From Chthonomonadales bacterium (GTDB lineage Bacteria > Armatimonadota > Chthonomonadetes > Chthonomonadales > Chthonomonadaceae): DNA of 29,121 nt. Positions within the stretch are counted from its first letter, which is position 1. Every line of letters begins with the position of its first letter. Both the position numbers and the translations under genes were made by a program. The notes under the pieces are model-generated. The model ran no database searches. It was not told where the DNA came from and saw only the letters and a list, made by a program, of their open reading frames with translations. Shown one piece after another: positions 9,779 to 21,993 of this stretch. The stretch covers positions 1-29,121 of the forward strand of contig JBBQPO010000042.1 in NCBI GenBank assembly GCA_038217285.1, given 5' to 3'.

Positions 9779-10171
9779 TCAGGCGGAGAGGGCGGTGGGC
9801 GCGACCGGGAGCGTTTGCGGAGCGACGACCCGCGAACTGAGCAGGTGGAGCAGATGCACATGCATGGCCGAACTCCAGAGACGTTCTCGGCGATTCCAGT
9901 AGGCGCAGTAGGCCTGCCGGCCGTCTACTGTCGGAACCCAGTCGTCCTCGCCACTGCCGGTGAACAGCACGACGCGGGTATACGGTTTGATGGCGACCTC
10001 ATCGCGAAAAATATATATCTCCTGAGCCAGGCGCGCGGTATCGCCATCCAGGTAGGCGTCCGTACAGAGCGCCCAACCACGCAGACTCACCATTCCCAAT
10101 CCCTGGTTTTGCAGCACGATATACTCGCCCTGCGTGTTTGTCGCCGGATGCACCTCGATGATCTTTAACAT
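9779..10171 (-). CDS. Small lamin-tail-domain-like protein
   Basis: LKIIEV...GEYIVLQN...VSLRGWAL...YIF...RVVLFTGSGED...YWNRRERLWS fits the LTD pattern. AGGAG RBS before the ATG at 10171; TATAAT on the minus strand at 10210-10215. Confidence 0.65.
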   Translation of the reverse strand: MLKIIEVHPATNTQGEYIVLQNQGLGMVSLRGWALCTDAYLDGDTARLAQEIYIFRDEVAIKPYTRVVLFTGSGEDDWVPTVDGRQAYCAYWNRRERLWSSAMHVHLLHLLSSRVVAPQTLPVAPTALSA

Positions 10172-10242
10172 CGTTGCTTTTCTCCTATGGACAACCAACC
10201 CCATTCTGCATTATATCCATTGCCTGATTATTAAAGAGAGCC

Positions 10243-10314
10243 GTCCCGTTATCCTTCCTGACAACGGGACGACGGGGTTTGGCAGGGCGGCGGGCTCCGA
10301 TCCGCTGCCCTGCC
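10243..10314 (-). terminator. Tandem hairpins after nrdJ (probable terminator)
   Basis: GGCAGGGCGGCGG/CCGCTGCCCTGCC (10281-10314) and GTCCCGTT/AACGGGAC (10243-10270), followed on the minus strand by CTCTCTTTAAT. Confidence 0.6.
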
Positions 10315-10330
10315 GAACGCAGAATGCCTG

Positions 10331-13291
<2,961 letters not shown>

Positions 13292-13380
13292 CTCGTGACT
13301 CCTCCTGCGACATGACGAATAGCGATAACGGTGCGGTCGTCTCTGCCGGAATTCGTCGTCCGGGCAGCCCGCAAAGAGAG

Positions 13381-14079
13381 TTAAATCCTGGATGGGAGCA
13401 GTCCGAGAAGTGCGTTCGGTCTCTCCGCGATGTAGTCGGGGCGGGCGGCGAGCAGATCGTCGCGGCTGTCGGTGCCCCAGCAGGCTGCGACGGCGTAGAC
13501 GCCTGCGTTATGCGCGCCCAGAATGTCGTACTGGCTGTCGCCGATCATGGCGGCGCGTTCCGGGCCGAGCTTCAGCGCCGCCAGGGCCTTCTGAAACGGC
13601 TCCGGATGCGGCTTGGTATGGGTGCAGTCGTCGCCAGCCACGACCGCCTCGAAAAACTCCGCCAAACCCGCTGTGGCCATATGGTGCAGGGCCATCTCCC
13701 GGTATTTGGTGGTGACTATCGCCATGCGGAGGCCGCGCTGCCGGAGTTCCACCAGCGCCGCCAGTATGCCGGGAAACGCCGTAACGTTGTCGCGCTGCGT
13801 TCGCATGTGTGCCCGGTAACTGGCTTTGACGGCCACCAATGTTTCCGGGGGACAGGGCGCCTCAAAGTGCGCGTAGGCCGCAAGCAGGACGGTGTCGAGC
13901 GGTAGGCCGACACGCTGCTGCCAGACTTCGAGCGGGGCCGGCTGGCCCAGATGGGTTCGGATTGCATGGTCGTAGCACTCCCTGATAAGGCCGTGTGTGT
14001 CCGCGACCGTGCCATCGAGGTCGAACAGCAGCGCCTCCAGAGGGCGCGGGGGCGTTCGGGCGATTTCCGGTTCGGACAT
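13381..14079 (-). CDS. HAD-superfamily phosphatase (PpaX/Gph-like)
   Basis: Motif I LFDLDGTVADT, motif II IVTTK, and motifs III/IV KPHPEP...MIGDSQYDI. Confidence 0.9.
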   Translation of the reverse strand: MSEPEIARTPPRPLEALLFDLDGTVADTHGLIRECYDHAIRTHLGQPAPLEVWQQRVGLPLDTVLLAAYAHFEAPCPPETLVAVKASYRAHMRTQRDNVTAFPGILAALVELRQRGLRMAIVTTKYREMALHHMATAGLAEFFEAVVAGDDCTHTKPHPEPFQKALAALKLGPERAAMIGDSQYDILGAHNAGVYAVAACWGTDSRDDLLAARPDYIAERPNALLGLLPSRI

Positions 14080-14087
14080 AAGCGTGG

Positions 14088-14558
14088 CTAACTCTTTCGG
14101 GTGCTGCGACGGCGAAGCAGGTTGACGATCTCTTTGAACTGTGTTGCGTCCTCGAACTGGCGGTAGACCGACGCGAAGCGCACGTAAGCCACCTGATCCA
14201 GCGATTTAAGCCGGTCCATGACCATCTCGCCGACTTCGCGCGAGGGAACCTCTTTCTCAAGGCGATTGTAGAGCATGCGCTCGATGTCCTGCGCGGCCTC
14301 ATCCAGCGCCTCGACGCTGATGTCTCGCCCCGTACAGGCCAACTGCATCCCACGCACGATCTTGTTGCGGTCAAAGGGCACGCGGCGGTTGTCGCTCTTT
14401 ACGACGAAGAGCTGAAGCTCCTCGATCTCTTCCAGAGTCGTAAAGCGGCGGCCGCACGCCTCACATTCGCGGCGTCGCTTGATCGCGACCCCGTCGTTGA
14501 GAGTGCGGGTTTCGAGGACATGATCTCTATTCTGAATACCACAGAACGGACACTTCAT
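14088..14558 (-). CDS. nrdR: Transcriptional repressor NrdR
   Basis: MKCPFCG...IKRRRECEACGRRFTTLE zinc ribbon, ATP-cone VVKSDNRRVPFDRNK, and LDQVAYVRFASVYRQF. Confidence 0.97.
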   Translation of the reverse strand: MKCPFCGIQNRDHVLETRTLNDGVAIKRRRECEACGRRFTTLEEIEELQLFVVKSDNRRVPFDRNKIVRGMQLACTGRDISVEALDEAAQDIERMLYNRLEKEVPSREVGEMVMDRLKSLDQVAYVRFASVYRQFEDATQFKEIVNLLRRRSTRKS

Positions 14559-14679
14559 CGTCTAAACGCGGACTCCGCTTCTGTCTCCTCACCTCGACCG
14601 CCTGGAACAAACGGGCGACCGTTCCCTGCCGACGCAGGAAGCGAAATAGAACGACAGCAGCACCGCACCCGGCGAAGGA

Positions 14680-14726
14680 ACACTAGATGTCGGGTTTTTT
14701 TCGCACTGCCTGCCTATATGTGGAGA
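14680..14726. promoter_or_regulatory. Tandem NrdR boxes
   Basis: ACACTAGATGTCGGGT (14680-14695) and TGCCTATATGTGGAGA (14711-14726) match acaCwAtATaTwGtgt at the key positions and lie 31 bp apart, upstream of nrdR-HAD-nrdJ. Confidence 0.8.
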
Positions 14727-14733
14727 CTGAGTA

Positions 14734-14762
14734 AGAATACACTACTAGGGATAGGATGTCAA
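14734..14762 (-). promoter_or_regulatory. sigma70 promoter of the nrdR-HAD-nrdJ operon
   Basis: The minus strand reads TTGACA-17 nt-TATTCT. Confidence 0.8.
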
Positions 14763-15041
14763 GCGATTTGGAGAAGAGTCTGCGAAAGTTTTTTCATGCG
14801 CCCTGATTCTGCGTTCTGAACGCCCTATCACGGTTGCTTCGTCCGAGGGCAGGAATCGCCTTACGGTTCGGTGAATAGTGGTCTGCAATCTTGTTCCCCT
14901 CATAACCGTGCCTGTGTCTGCTCTGCCGGAACCGCAGCGACGCGCTCGTTCCGCCCGTGACAAAGGCAGACTTCAGGCTCCTCGTATAACAGCGTTCCCG
15001 AACGCTTGCGTTTGAAAAAGACAACGAAGGATTTACACTCG

Positions 15042-17003
15042 ATGGCAATGGCGCAACCGGAGACTGGGCAACCACGACGCAACAAGGCCGTGACCTGGCG
15101 ATCTATCCTGATCTGCCTGCTGATCATGCCGCTGAACTCCTACTGGGTCGTACAGATGGAGGTTGTTCGCTACTCCGCGCACCCCACCACGATCTCGCTC
15201 TTCTTCAACACCGTTTTCATTCTGCTCTGTCTGACCCTGCTGAACCGCGCGGTCCGCCGCATCGCCCCACGCATGGCGCTGGAACGCGGTGAGCTCTTGC
15301 TCATCTTCTCCGGCCTCAGCATCAGTTCGTGCGTCTCCGGCCACGACATGCTCCAGGTTTTCGTGCCTATGCTGACCTGGACCTTCAAACACGCCGACGC
15401 GGGGAACGAATGGGCGAAGATCATCAATCCCCACCTGCGCGACGGCCTCTTCATCAAAGACGAGTCGATCTGGAAAAGCTACTATCTCGGCAACGACAGC
15501 ATCTGGCACGTGAAATATGTCCTGGCATGGCTGCCGGTCGTCACCGCCTGGACCGTCTTCGTCACGCTGCTGCTGTTCGTCATGCTCTGCCTCAACGCCA
15601 TTCTGCGCAAACAGTGGACCGACAACGAACGCCTGACCTACCCGATCGTCCAGTTACCGCTTCAGATCACCACCGAACAGGCGTTCCAGCCGAAGGGGCT
15701 GTTTCTCAACCGTCTCTTTTGGATCGGTTTCGTGATCGCCGGATCCATCGACTGCATCAACAGCCTGAACTACTACTATCCCTCGATCCCCACGGTCCTC
15801 ACGCCGGGCTTCGGACAGAGCTTCCTCGACATCGGCCCCTTCTTCACGCAGAAGCCCTGGAACGCCATCGGCTGGACGCCGCTCTCGTTTTATCCCTTTA
15901 TGATCGGGCTCGGTATGTTCATGCCGCTCGACTTCCTGTTCTCCTGCGTCTTCTTCTACTGGTTCTGGAAGCTGGAAAAGGTGACCTCCGTCGCGCTCGC
16001 CTACGATCAGGATCCGCGTTTTCCCTACACGGAGACGCAGTCGTTCGGCGCCTATATCTCGTTCTGTCTCTATTCGGTCTGGGTCAGCCGCCACTACCTG
16101 AAGCAGGTGCTGCGCCGCGCGATTGGCAAGTCCTCGGACCTGGACGACAGCAAAGAGCCGATGACGTACCGTAATGCGCTGCTCGGCATTGGCGTCGGGG
16201 TCACTGGCCTGATCGCCTTCGCCAGCTATCTGGGCATGGTCTGGTGGGTCGGGGTGCTGTTCTTCCTGATGTATTTCGCGCTGGCCCTTGCGATAACCCG
16301 TATGCGTGCGGAGCTCGGCACCCCCATGCACGACCTCCACTTCACCGGCCCCGAGATGATCATGACGCGCGTGGTGGGCAGCAACGCCTTCGATGTCGAT
16401 ACGCGCACGGTCTTTGCGCTCTTCTTCTGGTTCAACCGTGCCTACCGTTCGCACCCGATGCCGCACCAACTGGAAGCCTTCAAACTGGCGGAGCAGACGC
16501 ATACCGACTATCGCAAGTGGTCCCGCGCGCTGCTCTTTCTGGGCGGCGCGGCGGTCTTCATCGCGTTCTGGGCCATTCTGCATCTGATGTACTCGTATGG
16601 CGCGGAGAGCAAGTCCCGCATCACCTTCGGGGCGGAGGCGTACAACACGCTGACCGGCTGGATCAAGTCGCCGCAGCCGGGCAAGTTTCAGGAGTTCATG
16701 GCGATCTGGGTCGGTTTCGGCATCGCATTCCTGCTGCAGATGCTGCGGATGCGGTTTCCCTGGTGGCCCCTGCACCCGCTGGCCTTCGCCGTCACCTCCT
16801 CCTTCGAGATCAATCTCGTGTGGGGGCCGCTCTTCCTGGCCTGGATGTTCAAGTCGTTGATCCTGCGCTACGGCGGTCGTGGCGGCTTCCACCGGTCGCT
16901 GCCCTTCTTTATCGGCCTGATGCTGGGGCAGTTCGTGGTCGGCAGTCTCTGGAACATCTACGGTATCATTCGGAACGTCCCGACCTACCAGTTCTGGCAG
17001 TGA
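15042..17003 (+). CDS. Polytopic membrane protein, DUF6785/DUF6784-like (putative transporter)
   Basis: About 650 aa and highly hydrophobic, with ILRKQWTDNERLTYPIVQLP, TRMRAELGTP, RFPWWPLHPLAF and KSLILRYGG motifs. Start is uncertain (15006, 15042 or 15048). Confidence 0.75.
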   Translation: MAMAQPETGQPRRNKAVTWRSILICLLIMPLNSYWVVQMEVVRYSAHPTTISLFFNTVFILLCLTLLNRAVRRIAPRMALERGELLLIFSGLSISSCVSGHDMLQVFVPMLTWTFKHADAGNEWAKIINPHLRDGLFIKDESIWKSYYLGNDSIWHVKYVLAWLPVVTAWTVFVTLLLFVMLCLNAILRKQWTDNERLTYPIVQLPLQITTEQAFQPKGLFLNRLFWIGFVIAGSIDCINSLNYYYPSIPTVLTPGFGQSFLDIGPFFTQKPWNAIGWTPLSFYPFMIGLGMFMPLDFLFSCVFFYWFWKLEKVTSVALAYDQDPRFPYTETQSFGAYISFCLYSVWVSRHYLKQVLRRAIGKSSDLDDSKEPMTYRNALLGIGVGVTGLIAFASYLGMVWWVGVLFFLMYFALALAITRMRAELGTPMHDLHFTGPEMIMTRVVGSNAFDVDTRTVFALFFWFNRAYRSHPMPHQLEAFKLAEQTHTDYRKWSRALLFLGGAAVFIAFWAILHLMYSYGAESKSRITFGAEAYNTLTGWIKSPQPGKFQEFMAIWVGFGIAFLLQMLRMRFPWWPLHPLAFAVTSSFEINLVWGPLFLAWMFKSLILRYGGRGGFHRSLPFFIGLMLGQFVVGSLWNIYGIIRNVPTYQFWQ

Positions 17004-17020
17004 CAGCAGGGGAGAGAACT

Positions 17021-17788
17021 ATGCACTCTATCGATCTCAGCGGCAAGAACATCCTGATCACCGGGGGCACCCGCGGCATCGGACGTGCGATCTCACGAAC
17101 GCTGGCGCAGGCGGGGGCGCGCATCGGCGCAATCTATCGCAGCGACTCCGCAACCGCCGCCCGAACGCTCGCCGAGCTGAATGCGCTGCCGAACCCCGCC
17201 GCGCATTTCACCCTCCAGGCCGACATCACAGACGAGGAGGCGGCGATCAATGCGGTAAGGCAGGCAGGGGAGCGGTTCGAGGGTGCGTTAGACTGCCTCA
17301 TCCTGGATGCAGCCGCAGGCGCAGGCGGACCGCTGGCCGCCATGAAGACCGAGGACTGGAAGCGGCCCTTCGAAGTCAATGTTCACGGCGCGTTCTATAT
17401 GGTGCGCGCCACGACCCCTTTGCTGCGGCGCGGCGGGGGCATCCTCTTCCTCTCTTCCGGCGCAGGCCACGATCCGATGGCGAACCTCTCCGCCTACGGA
17501 GCCAGCAAGGCCGCCGTCAACCACATGTCCACCGTCCTCGCGCAGGAGCTCGGGCCGCAGGGCATCCGCGTCAACACCGTCAGCCCCGGCCACACCTACA
17601 CCGGCGACACCGACCCCAACGCCGACCCCTCCCTCTACACCGAAGGCCAGAAGAATATCGCCGATACGACCGCCCTCCGGCGTCTCGGCATCGCCCAGGA
17701 CGTCGCGAACGTCGTCCTCTTCTTCGTTAGCGACCTCTCCGGCTTCGTCACCGGCCAGTGGGTCCGCGTCAATGGCGGCCGACTGTAG
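17021..17788 (+). CDS. SDR-family oxidoreductase
   Basis: TGGTRGIG, YGASK, GIRVNTVSPG and FVTGQWVRVNGG motifs. GGGGAG RBS before the ATG at 17021. Confidence 0.93.
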   Translation: MHSIDLSGKNILITGGTRGIGRAISRTLAQAGARIGAIYRSDSATAARTLAELNALPNPAAHFTLQADITDEEAAINAVRQAGERFEGALDCLILDAAAGAGGPLAAMKTEDWKRPFEVNVHGAFYMVRATTPLLRRGGGILFLSSGAGHDPMANLSAYGASKAAVNHMSTVLAQELGPQGIRVNTVSPGHTYTGDTDPNADPSLYTEGQKNIADTTALRRLGIAQDVANVVLFFVSDLSGFVTGQWVRVNGGRL

Positions 17789-18031
17789 AAGGACAACGCT
17801 ACCTCAAGTTCTACCCTCTAACCAAGAACTCCGTTATTCACAATAGAGCGATGAACGTAGAAACTGGCGAGCAATGGTAATATAGTAGGATCGTCCCAAT
17901 TCGGGTCAGGCAGCGCCATCCACCGTACGCCGGGTAAACGAGAAGACAGGTTATCAGATAAAGATGAAAATTCGCTCATTGGCGTCTCGACTCACGGAGC
18001 TACTTCGGCAGGGCCTTCAGGAAGGAATTTC

Positions 18032-19092
18032 ATGACACTGAAATCTCTTACATTGAGTAACTTTAGGCGTTTTCACAGGCTGAATTCAGGTTTTCGCCTC
18101 AACTGAACGTTATCGTCGGTGAAAATGGCGTCGGAAAAACTCATGTCTTAAAGGTAGCCTATTCTGCTCTCTATGTGAGTGCTCAGGGGAGCAAGCAACC
18201 GGGTTCGATCCGCCCCACAAAGGCGAGCCTGCAGACAGCTATTGCGGACAAATTAATCGCCGTTTTTAAACCGGATGAGTTAGGCCGACTTGCACGTCGA
18301 AGTCGTCGTGGCAGACAACGTTGCGAAGTTCGCTGTTTGTTCTCGACGCCAGGCGACGACCTAGAATTCTCGTTCAACACTTCCAGCAAGTCCGAAACTA
18401 CGGTTGACCGCCTGCCACATAGATGGGTCGACAAGTTGCCTGTGTATCTGCCGATGCGCGAGTTGCTGACTATCTATCCAGGATTTGTATCCCTATATGA
18501 AACGACGCATCTGCCGTTTGAAGAGACATGGCGCGATACCTGTATTTTACTAGGAGTACCGTTAGTGCGAGGTCCACGCGCGGGACGGATACAGGAACTC
18601 CTCGGTCCACTTGAGAATGCTATGGGAGGCAAAGTGGAACTAACAGGTTCTGGACGCTTCTACTTAAACGTCAACGGTGTCAACATGGAGATGCACCTTG
18701 TCGCAGAAGGACTTCGGAAACTGGCTATGATCGCGCGCTTGATCGCCACAGGATCCTTGGTAGACAAAGGATTCCTGTTTTGGGACGAACCCGAGGCAAA
18801 CCTTAATCCAAAAATCATCAAGTTGATCGCTCGCACAATTCTATATCTCTGTCAGAACGGCATTCAGGTATTCATCGCCAGCCACAGCCTCTTCTTAATG
18901 CGTGAACTCGATATACTGCTACAGATCGCAGAATTCGGAAAAACCAGCGCGCGGTTCTTTGGCCTGCACCGTGAGGATCATGATATAGTTGTCCAACAAG
19001 GCGATACTGTTGACGATATCGGAATGATTGATGCGCTACAAGAGGAACTTTGTCAGTCCGACCGCTACCTCCAATCGGAGGGAGGCGAATGA
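18032..19092 (+). pseudogene. ABC/AAA_21-type ATPase with a frameshift near codon 12
   Basis: The ATG at 18032 gives MTLKSLTLSNF. The family-like sequence continues in another frame from 18067: AFSQAEFRFSPQLNVIVGENGVGKTHVLK (Walker A), then VAEGLRK, FLFWDEPEANLNP (Walker B) and IASHS (H-loop). Confidence 0.8.
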
Positions 19093-19364
19093 CAACGATC
19101 ATTGAAGGTTCGCTTGCATTCAGCTTCCCGGCAAATTGGAAGGTTGAAAAGGCGATGGCCAATGACGCTATGCAGTGCTCGCAACTTCGAGTCGTGCTGC
19201 ATCTTGAACAGCCTGCCAGATCTACCAAAATTTTCTCAAGGGCAATAGATCCAGCAAACGTTCAACAACGCCTGAGGCAACTTATCAAGGCCATTGATCC
19301 TCACCCGCTCGTGATCGAAATGGGTCGAATGAGCAATGTTAAGTGGTCCGCCAGTCAGACATAA
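19089..19364 (+). pseudogene. ATPase-coupled partner protein, apparently internally deleted
   Basis: ATGA overlap with the ATPase stop and a GGAGG RBS; 91 aa. The N-terminal IEGSLAFSFPANW joins directly to the C-terminal LRVVLHLEQP...RAIDPANVQQRLRQLIKAIDPHP. The deletion is inferred from recalled longer homologues. Confidence 0.5.
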
Positions 19365-19569
19365 TCGAGTCAAATTGGATACGATACGCGCCGCATTACG
19401 TGCGCTCAAGAAACCAAGACCAGCGGTGTTACCCGTTTACCGCTGTGCATTTTTGCTTATCAGACAGGCCACGTCGCATCCATGCCATGAAAAGCAGACG
19501 GGTTGACAGGCGCGGTGGGATTTCGCTATACTGCCCTGGTTTCGAGTCAGTTTATCCGGAGGTGGGAAC

Positions 19570-20940
19570 GTGCTTATGTCGGTGGGAAAGTTGGCCGGGG
19601 CAGTGGCGCTGGTCTGTCTGATGGGATGTGGGAAGGTGCAAAGTGTACCGCCGGTCAAGGCGGACCCGGAGAAGGCGAAACACGCGGCCCCGCAAGGCGA
19701 ACTCAAGCCGACCGCGCGCATCCGGCCTGACTGCCCAATACGACTCGGCGGCGTCTTTCTGATGGGACTGGGAGACGGGGGCGACGCCTTCGACGACTCG
19801 GCCACAAAAGGTGTCAAGCTCTCCGATGCTAACCGAGACTGGCTGACCGCGCACTGCGATCTGGCGGCACTCAGCCCGAACACCGTGACCCCGGAAACCT
19901 TTCCCACCATTCGCCGCCGACAACTTCTCTTCACGCCGCTGCTCTACCTCTACGCCTCCTCGCTCTACGAACAGCCCGACCACAAAGGCAATGTGGGAGG
20001 ATGGAAGCCGCCTATGGCGGCCTGGACCCTGCGGGACCATACCGGCCACGAGATCAAACACCCCGACGCCGGCGGGCACTGGATGGATTTCGGCAATACG
20101 CTCTGGGCCACCCACTGGCGCAAGCAGGCCGCCTCTCTGTCCCGGCATTTCGGAGCCTTCGGCGCGGTGGCGGCAGAGATGCCGCTGGGCAACGCCTTCG
20201 TCGGGGACGACCTGGAGAAGTACAAGACGCTGGCGGATCGTGGAACAGCCACCGAAACCTGGCTGTGCGCCGCCGCTGATCGTAGCAAATATCTGCTTCT
20301 TCCCTCGGCTCTCGGGTTCGATGTGTCTACCGGTCATCCTACGCCTCCTTTACCGCCGGGAACTGCCGAACCGGAACTCGCCGGACGCTACTGGGACCAG
20401 TTCAACGCGCTGACGGATGGAGCCTGGGCCGAAGACTGGGTCCATCCCTACTGGGCCACCAACCCCTCGCGCGACGGTATCTGGGAACTGAATGTCGAAG
20501 CTGCCGACCGTGCCGCCCGCACCGATAAGGTCTTTATCGTCTCCGCAGCCTACCATGACGACGCCGAACTGGAGTACGCTCTGGCCAGCTACCTGCTGGT
20601 CGCCAAGCGGCAGTCGCGGGTCGTCTTTCAGCCCATGCCTCTCCTCCCCGGCCAGCCGGAGAACGCCGGGTTGAGCCTCGCCGTTCTGCGCCGCGAAGTC
20701 ACGACGCACGCGGCCTTCTTCGAGGCCCCGCTCGGGGTCGCCCTGCAGGAGCGCCACTCCATCAGTCTGCCGGATGGCACGGTCTGGCGGCGCGCCTATC
20801 AGTTCGGCGATGTCTACGTCAACTCCGACGACTACCGTTCCGTGACGGTCGTACTCGGCGGCCCGATGCACAGCGTTCATGGAGAGACCGTTCAGAAATT
20901 TGTGCTCCTCCCGCACCGTGGGGCCATACTTCTCCACTAA
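19570..20940 (+). CDS. Lipoprotein, putative glycoside hydrolase (GHL15-like)
   Basis: Lipobox VCLMGC, WMDFGNTLWATHW, DGAWAEDW, EYALASYLL and a C-terminal VWRRAYQFGDVYVN. The family assignment is tentative. Confidence 0.55.
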   Translation: MLMSVGKLAGAVALVCLMGCGKVQSVPPVKADPEKAKHAAPQGELKPTARIRPDCPIRLGGVFLMGLGDGGDAFDDSATKGVKLSDANRDWLTAHCDLAALSPNTVTPETFPTIRRRQLLFTPLLYLYASSLYEQPDHKGNVGGWKPPMAAWTLRDHTGHEIKHPDAGGHWMDFGNTLWATHWRKQAASLSRHFGAFGAVAAEMPLGNAFVGDDLEKYKTLADRGTATETWLCAAADRSKYLLLPSALGFDVSTGHPTPPLPPGTAEPELAGRYWDQFNALTDGAWAEDWVHPYWATNPSRDGIWELNVEAADRAARTDKVFIVSAAYHDDAELEYALASYLLVAKRQSRVVFQPMPLLPGQPENAGLSLAVLRREVTTHAAFFEAPLGVALQERHSISLPDGTVWRRAYQFGDVYVNSDDYRSVTVVLGGPMHSVHGETVQKFVLLPHRGAILLH

Positions 20941-21028
20941 ATCCCCGTGCCGCCTCCCGACTTGCGGAGCGAGTTCCCTCGCAAAGTCACTTTCCGCAAG
21001 GGTGTTGCCGCCTTCGGGAGTCAAAAAA

Positions 21029-21072
21029 CCGGGGAGCACGGACGAGACCGCATGGTCTGTCCGACTCCCCGG
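21029..21072 (-). terminator. Intrinsic terminator between convergent genes
   Basis: CCGGGGAG...CTCCCCGG long stem preceded by an A-run, which is a U-tract on the minus strand. Confidence 0.65.
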
Positions 21073-21133
21073 TGCTTATCTATCTGCCCGTCCTCTTGTG
21101 CCTTTTCCGGAGAGGACGGAACCGTCTGAGAAA

Positions 21134-21466
21134 CTACTTTTTACCCGAAAGCGCGTGATTGATGTCTTTGGACTCTCGATTCAACTCATGGTTGACGTTC
21201 TTAGACAGATTGTCGGCATGCTTGCCCGGGCTTTTCTTGGGATCGGGCGTGACCTGCTTGACGGTGGAATTCGTTTTTCGATCCTTTTCGAGCTTCGTAA
21301 TCTCGTTCTTCGGATGTGCCGGCATACCGTGCTTTTTGACGTGTTTCTTGGTATGGTGCCTGGTGTGGTGTTTGGTTGTCGTACTGGTCTGTGCAGTCGC
21401 CGGAAGGACGGCAGTGGCCATCGCGAATAGCGCGACCAGTAGCAGAGCGTTGGTTTTCATCTTCAT
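21134..21466 (-). CDS. Small secreted Lys/His-rich protein
   Basis: Signal peptide ending ATA, then low-complexity KHHTRHHTKKHVKKH. AGGAG RBS. Confidence 0.7.
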   Translation of the reverse strand: MKMKTNALLLVALFAMATAVLPATAQTSTTTKHHTRHHTKKHVKKHGMPAHPKNEITKLEKDRKTNSTVKQVTPDPKKSPGKHADNLSKNVNHELNRESKDINHALSGKK

Positions 21467-21635
21467 TCTCCTATCGTAACAATGTGAGAAACTATCCGAT
21501 GGGGCGGCGTAGAAAAAGTCGATTCACCTGGGGCGCGTCGTGACAGCTTCTCCTCGAACAACAGACGGGTTGGGTGTACGATTTGTTCCTTCGCATCTCT
21601 AGGCGAACCGGTGACGCGGTCTCGAAAAAGATTCA

Positions 21636-21671
21636 GCCTTCGATCTCCCTGTCTGGAGAGAGATCGAAGGC
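21636..21671. terminator. 12-bp perfect stem-loop downstream of the tnpB remnant
   Basis: GCCTTCGATCTC...GAGATCGAAGGC, followed on the minus strand by TGAATCTTTTT. Confidence 0.55.
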
Positions 21672-21721
21672 CATCGGTTCTGAAGCTGACCTGTCCGGCC
21701 TAACGCGGAAGCGAGTGCTTC

Positions 21722-21993
21722 TCACCGGAACATGAGGGCGGCTGACAGTTCGCCCCGTGCCTTCAAGTTGAGGGCGGCATTCACATCCGCATTCAACTTC
21801 AGGCCACAACAAAGATATTCAAAACTCTCCTGACTCTTGCGGTTGCCCCGCTCACAGTGACCGCAGCCCGAACAGGTCTGGCTGCTGTAGCGAGAATCGA
21901 CCTCGATGAGAGTCACTCCCGCTCTCTGGCACTTGTAAGCCAGGAAGCGTTTGAGTCGATCAAATGCCCAACAATTGAGTTTGGTTCGTTTAT
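21722..21993 (-). pseudogene. tnpB: 3' remnant of IS200/IS605-family tnpB
   Basis: Translating upstream of the listed ORF gives KRTKLNCWAFDRLKRFLAYKCQRAGVTLIEVDSRYSSQTCSGCG...FEYLCCGLKLNADVNAALNL. This is the TnpB zinc ribbon (third Cys lost) plus RuvC-III. The N-terminal part is missing. Confidence 0.88.

Noticed and set aside
14559-14730. Possible cobalamin riboswitch in the nrdR leader or upstream of btuF
   Set aside because: No B12-box or core motifs were recognised. The NrdR boxes already explain the regulation.
16244-17020. Long N-terminal extension of the SDR ORF
   Set aside because: It overlaps the membrane-protein gene out of frame. The RBS and ATG at 17021 define the real start.
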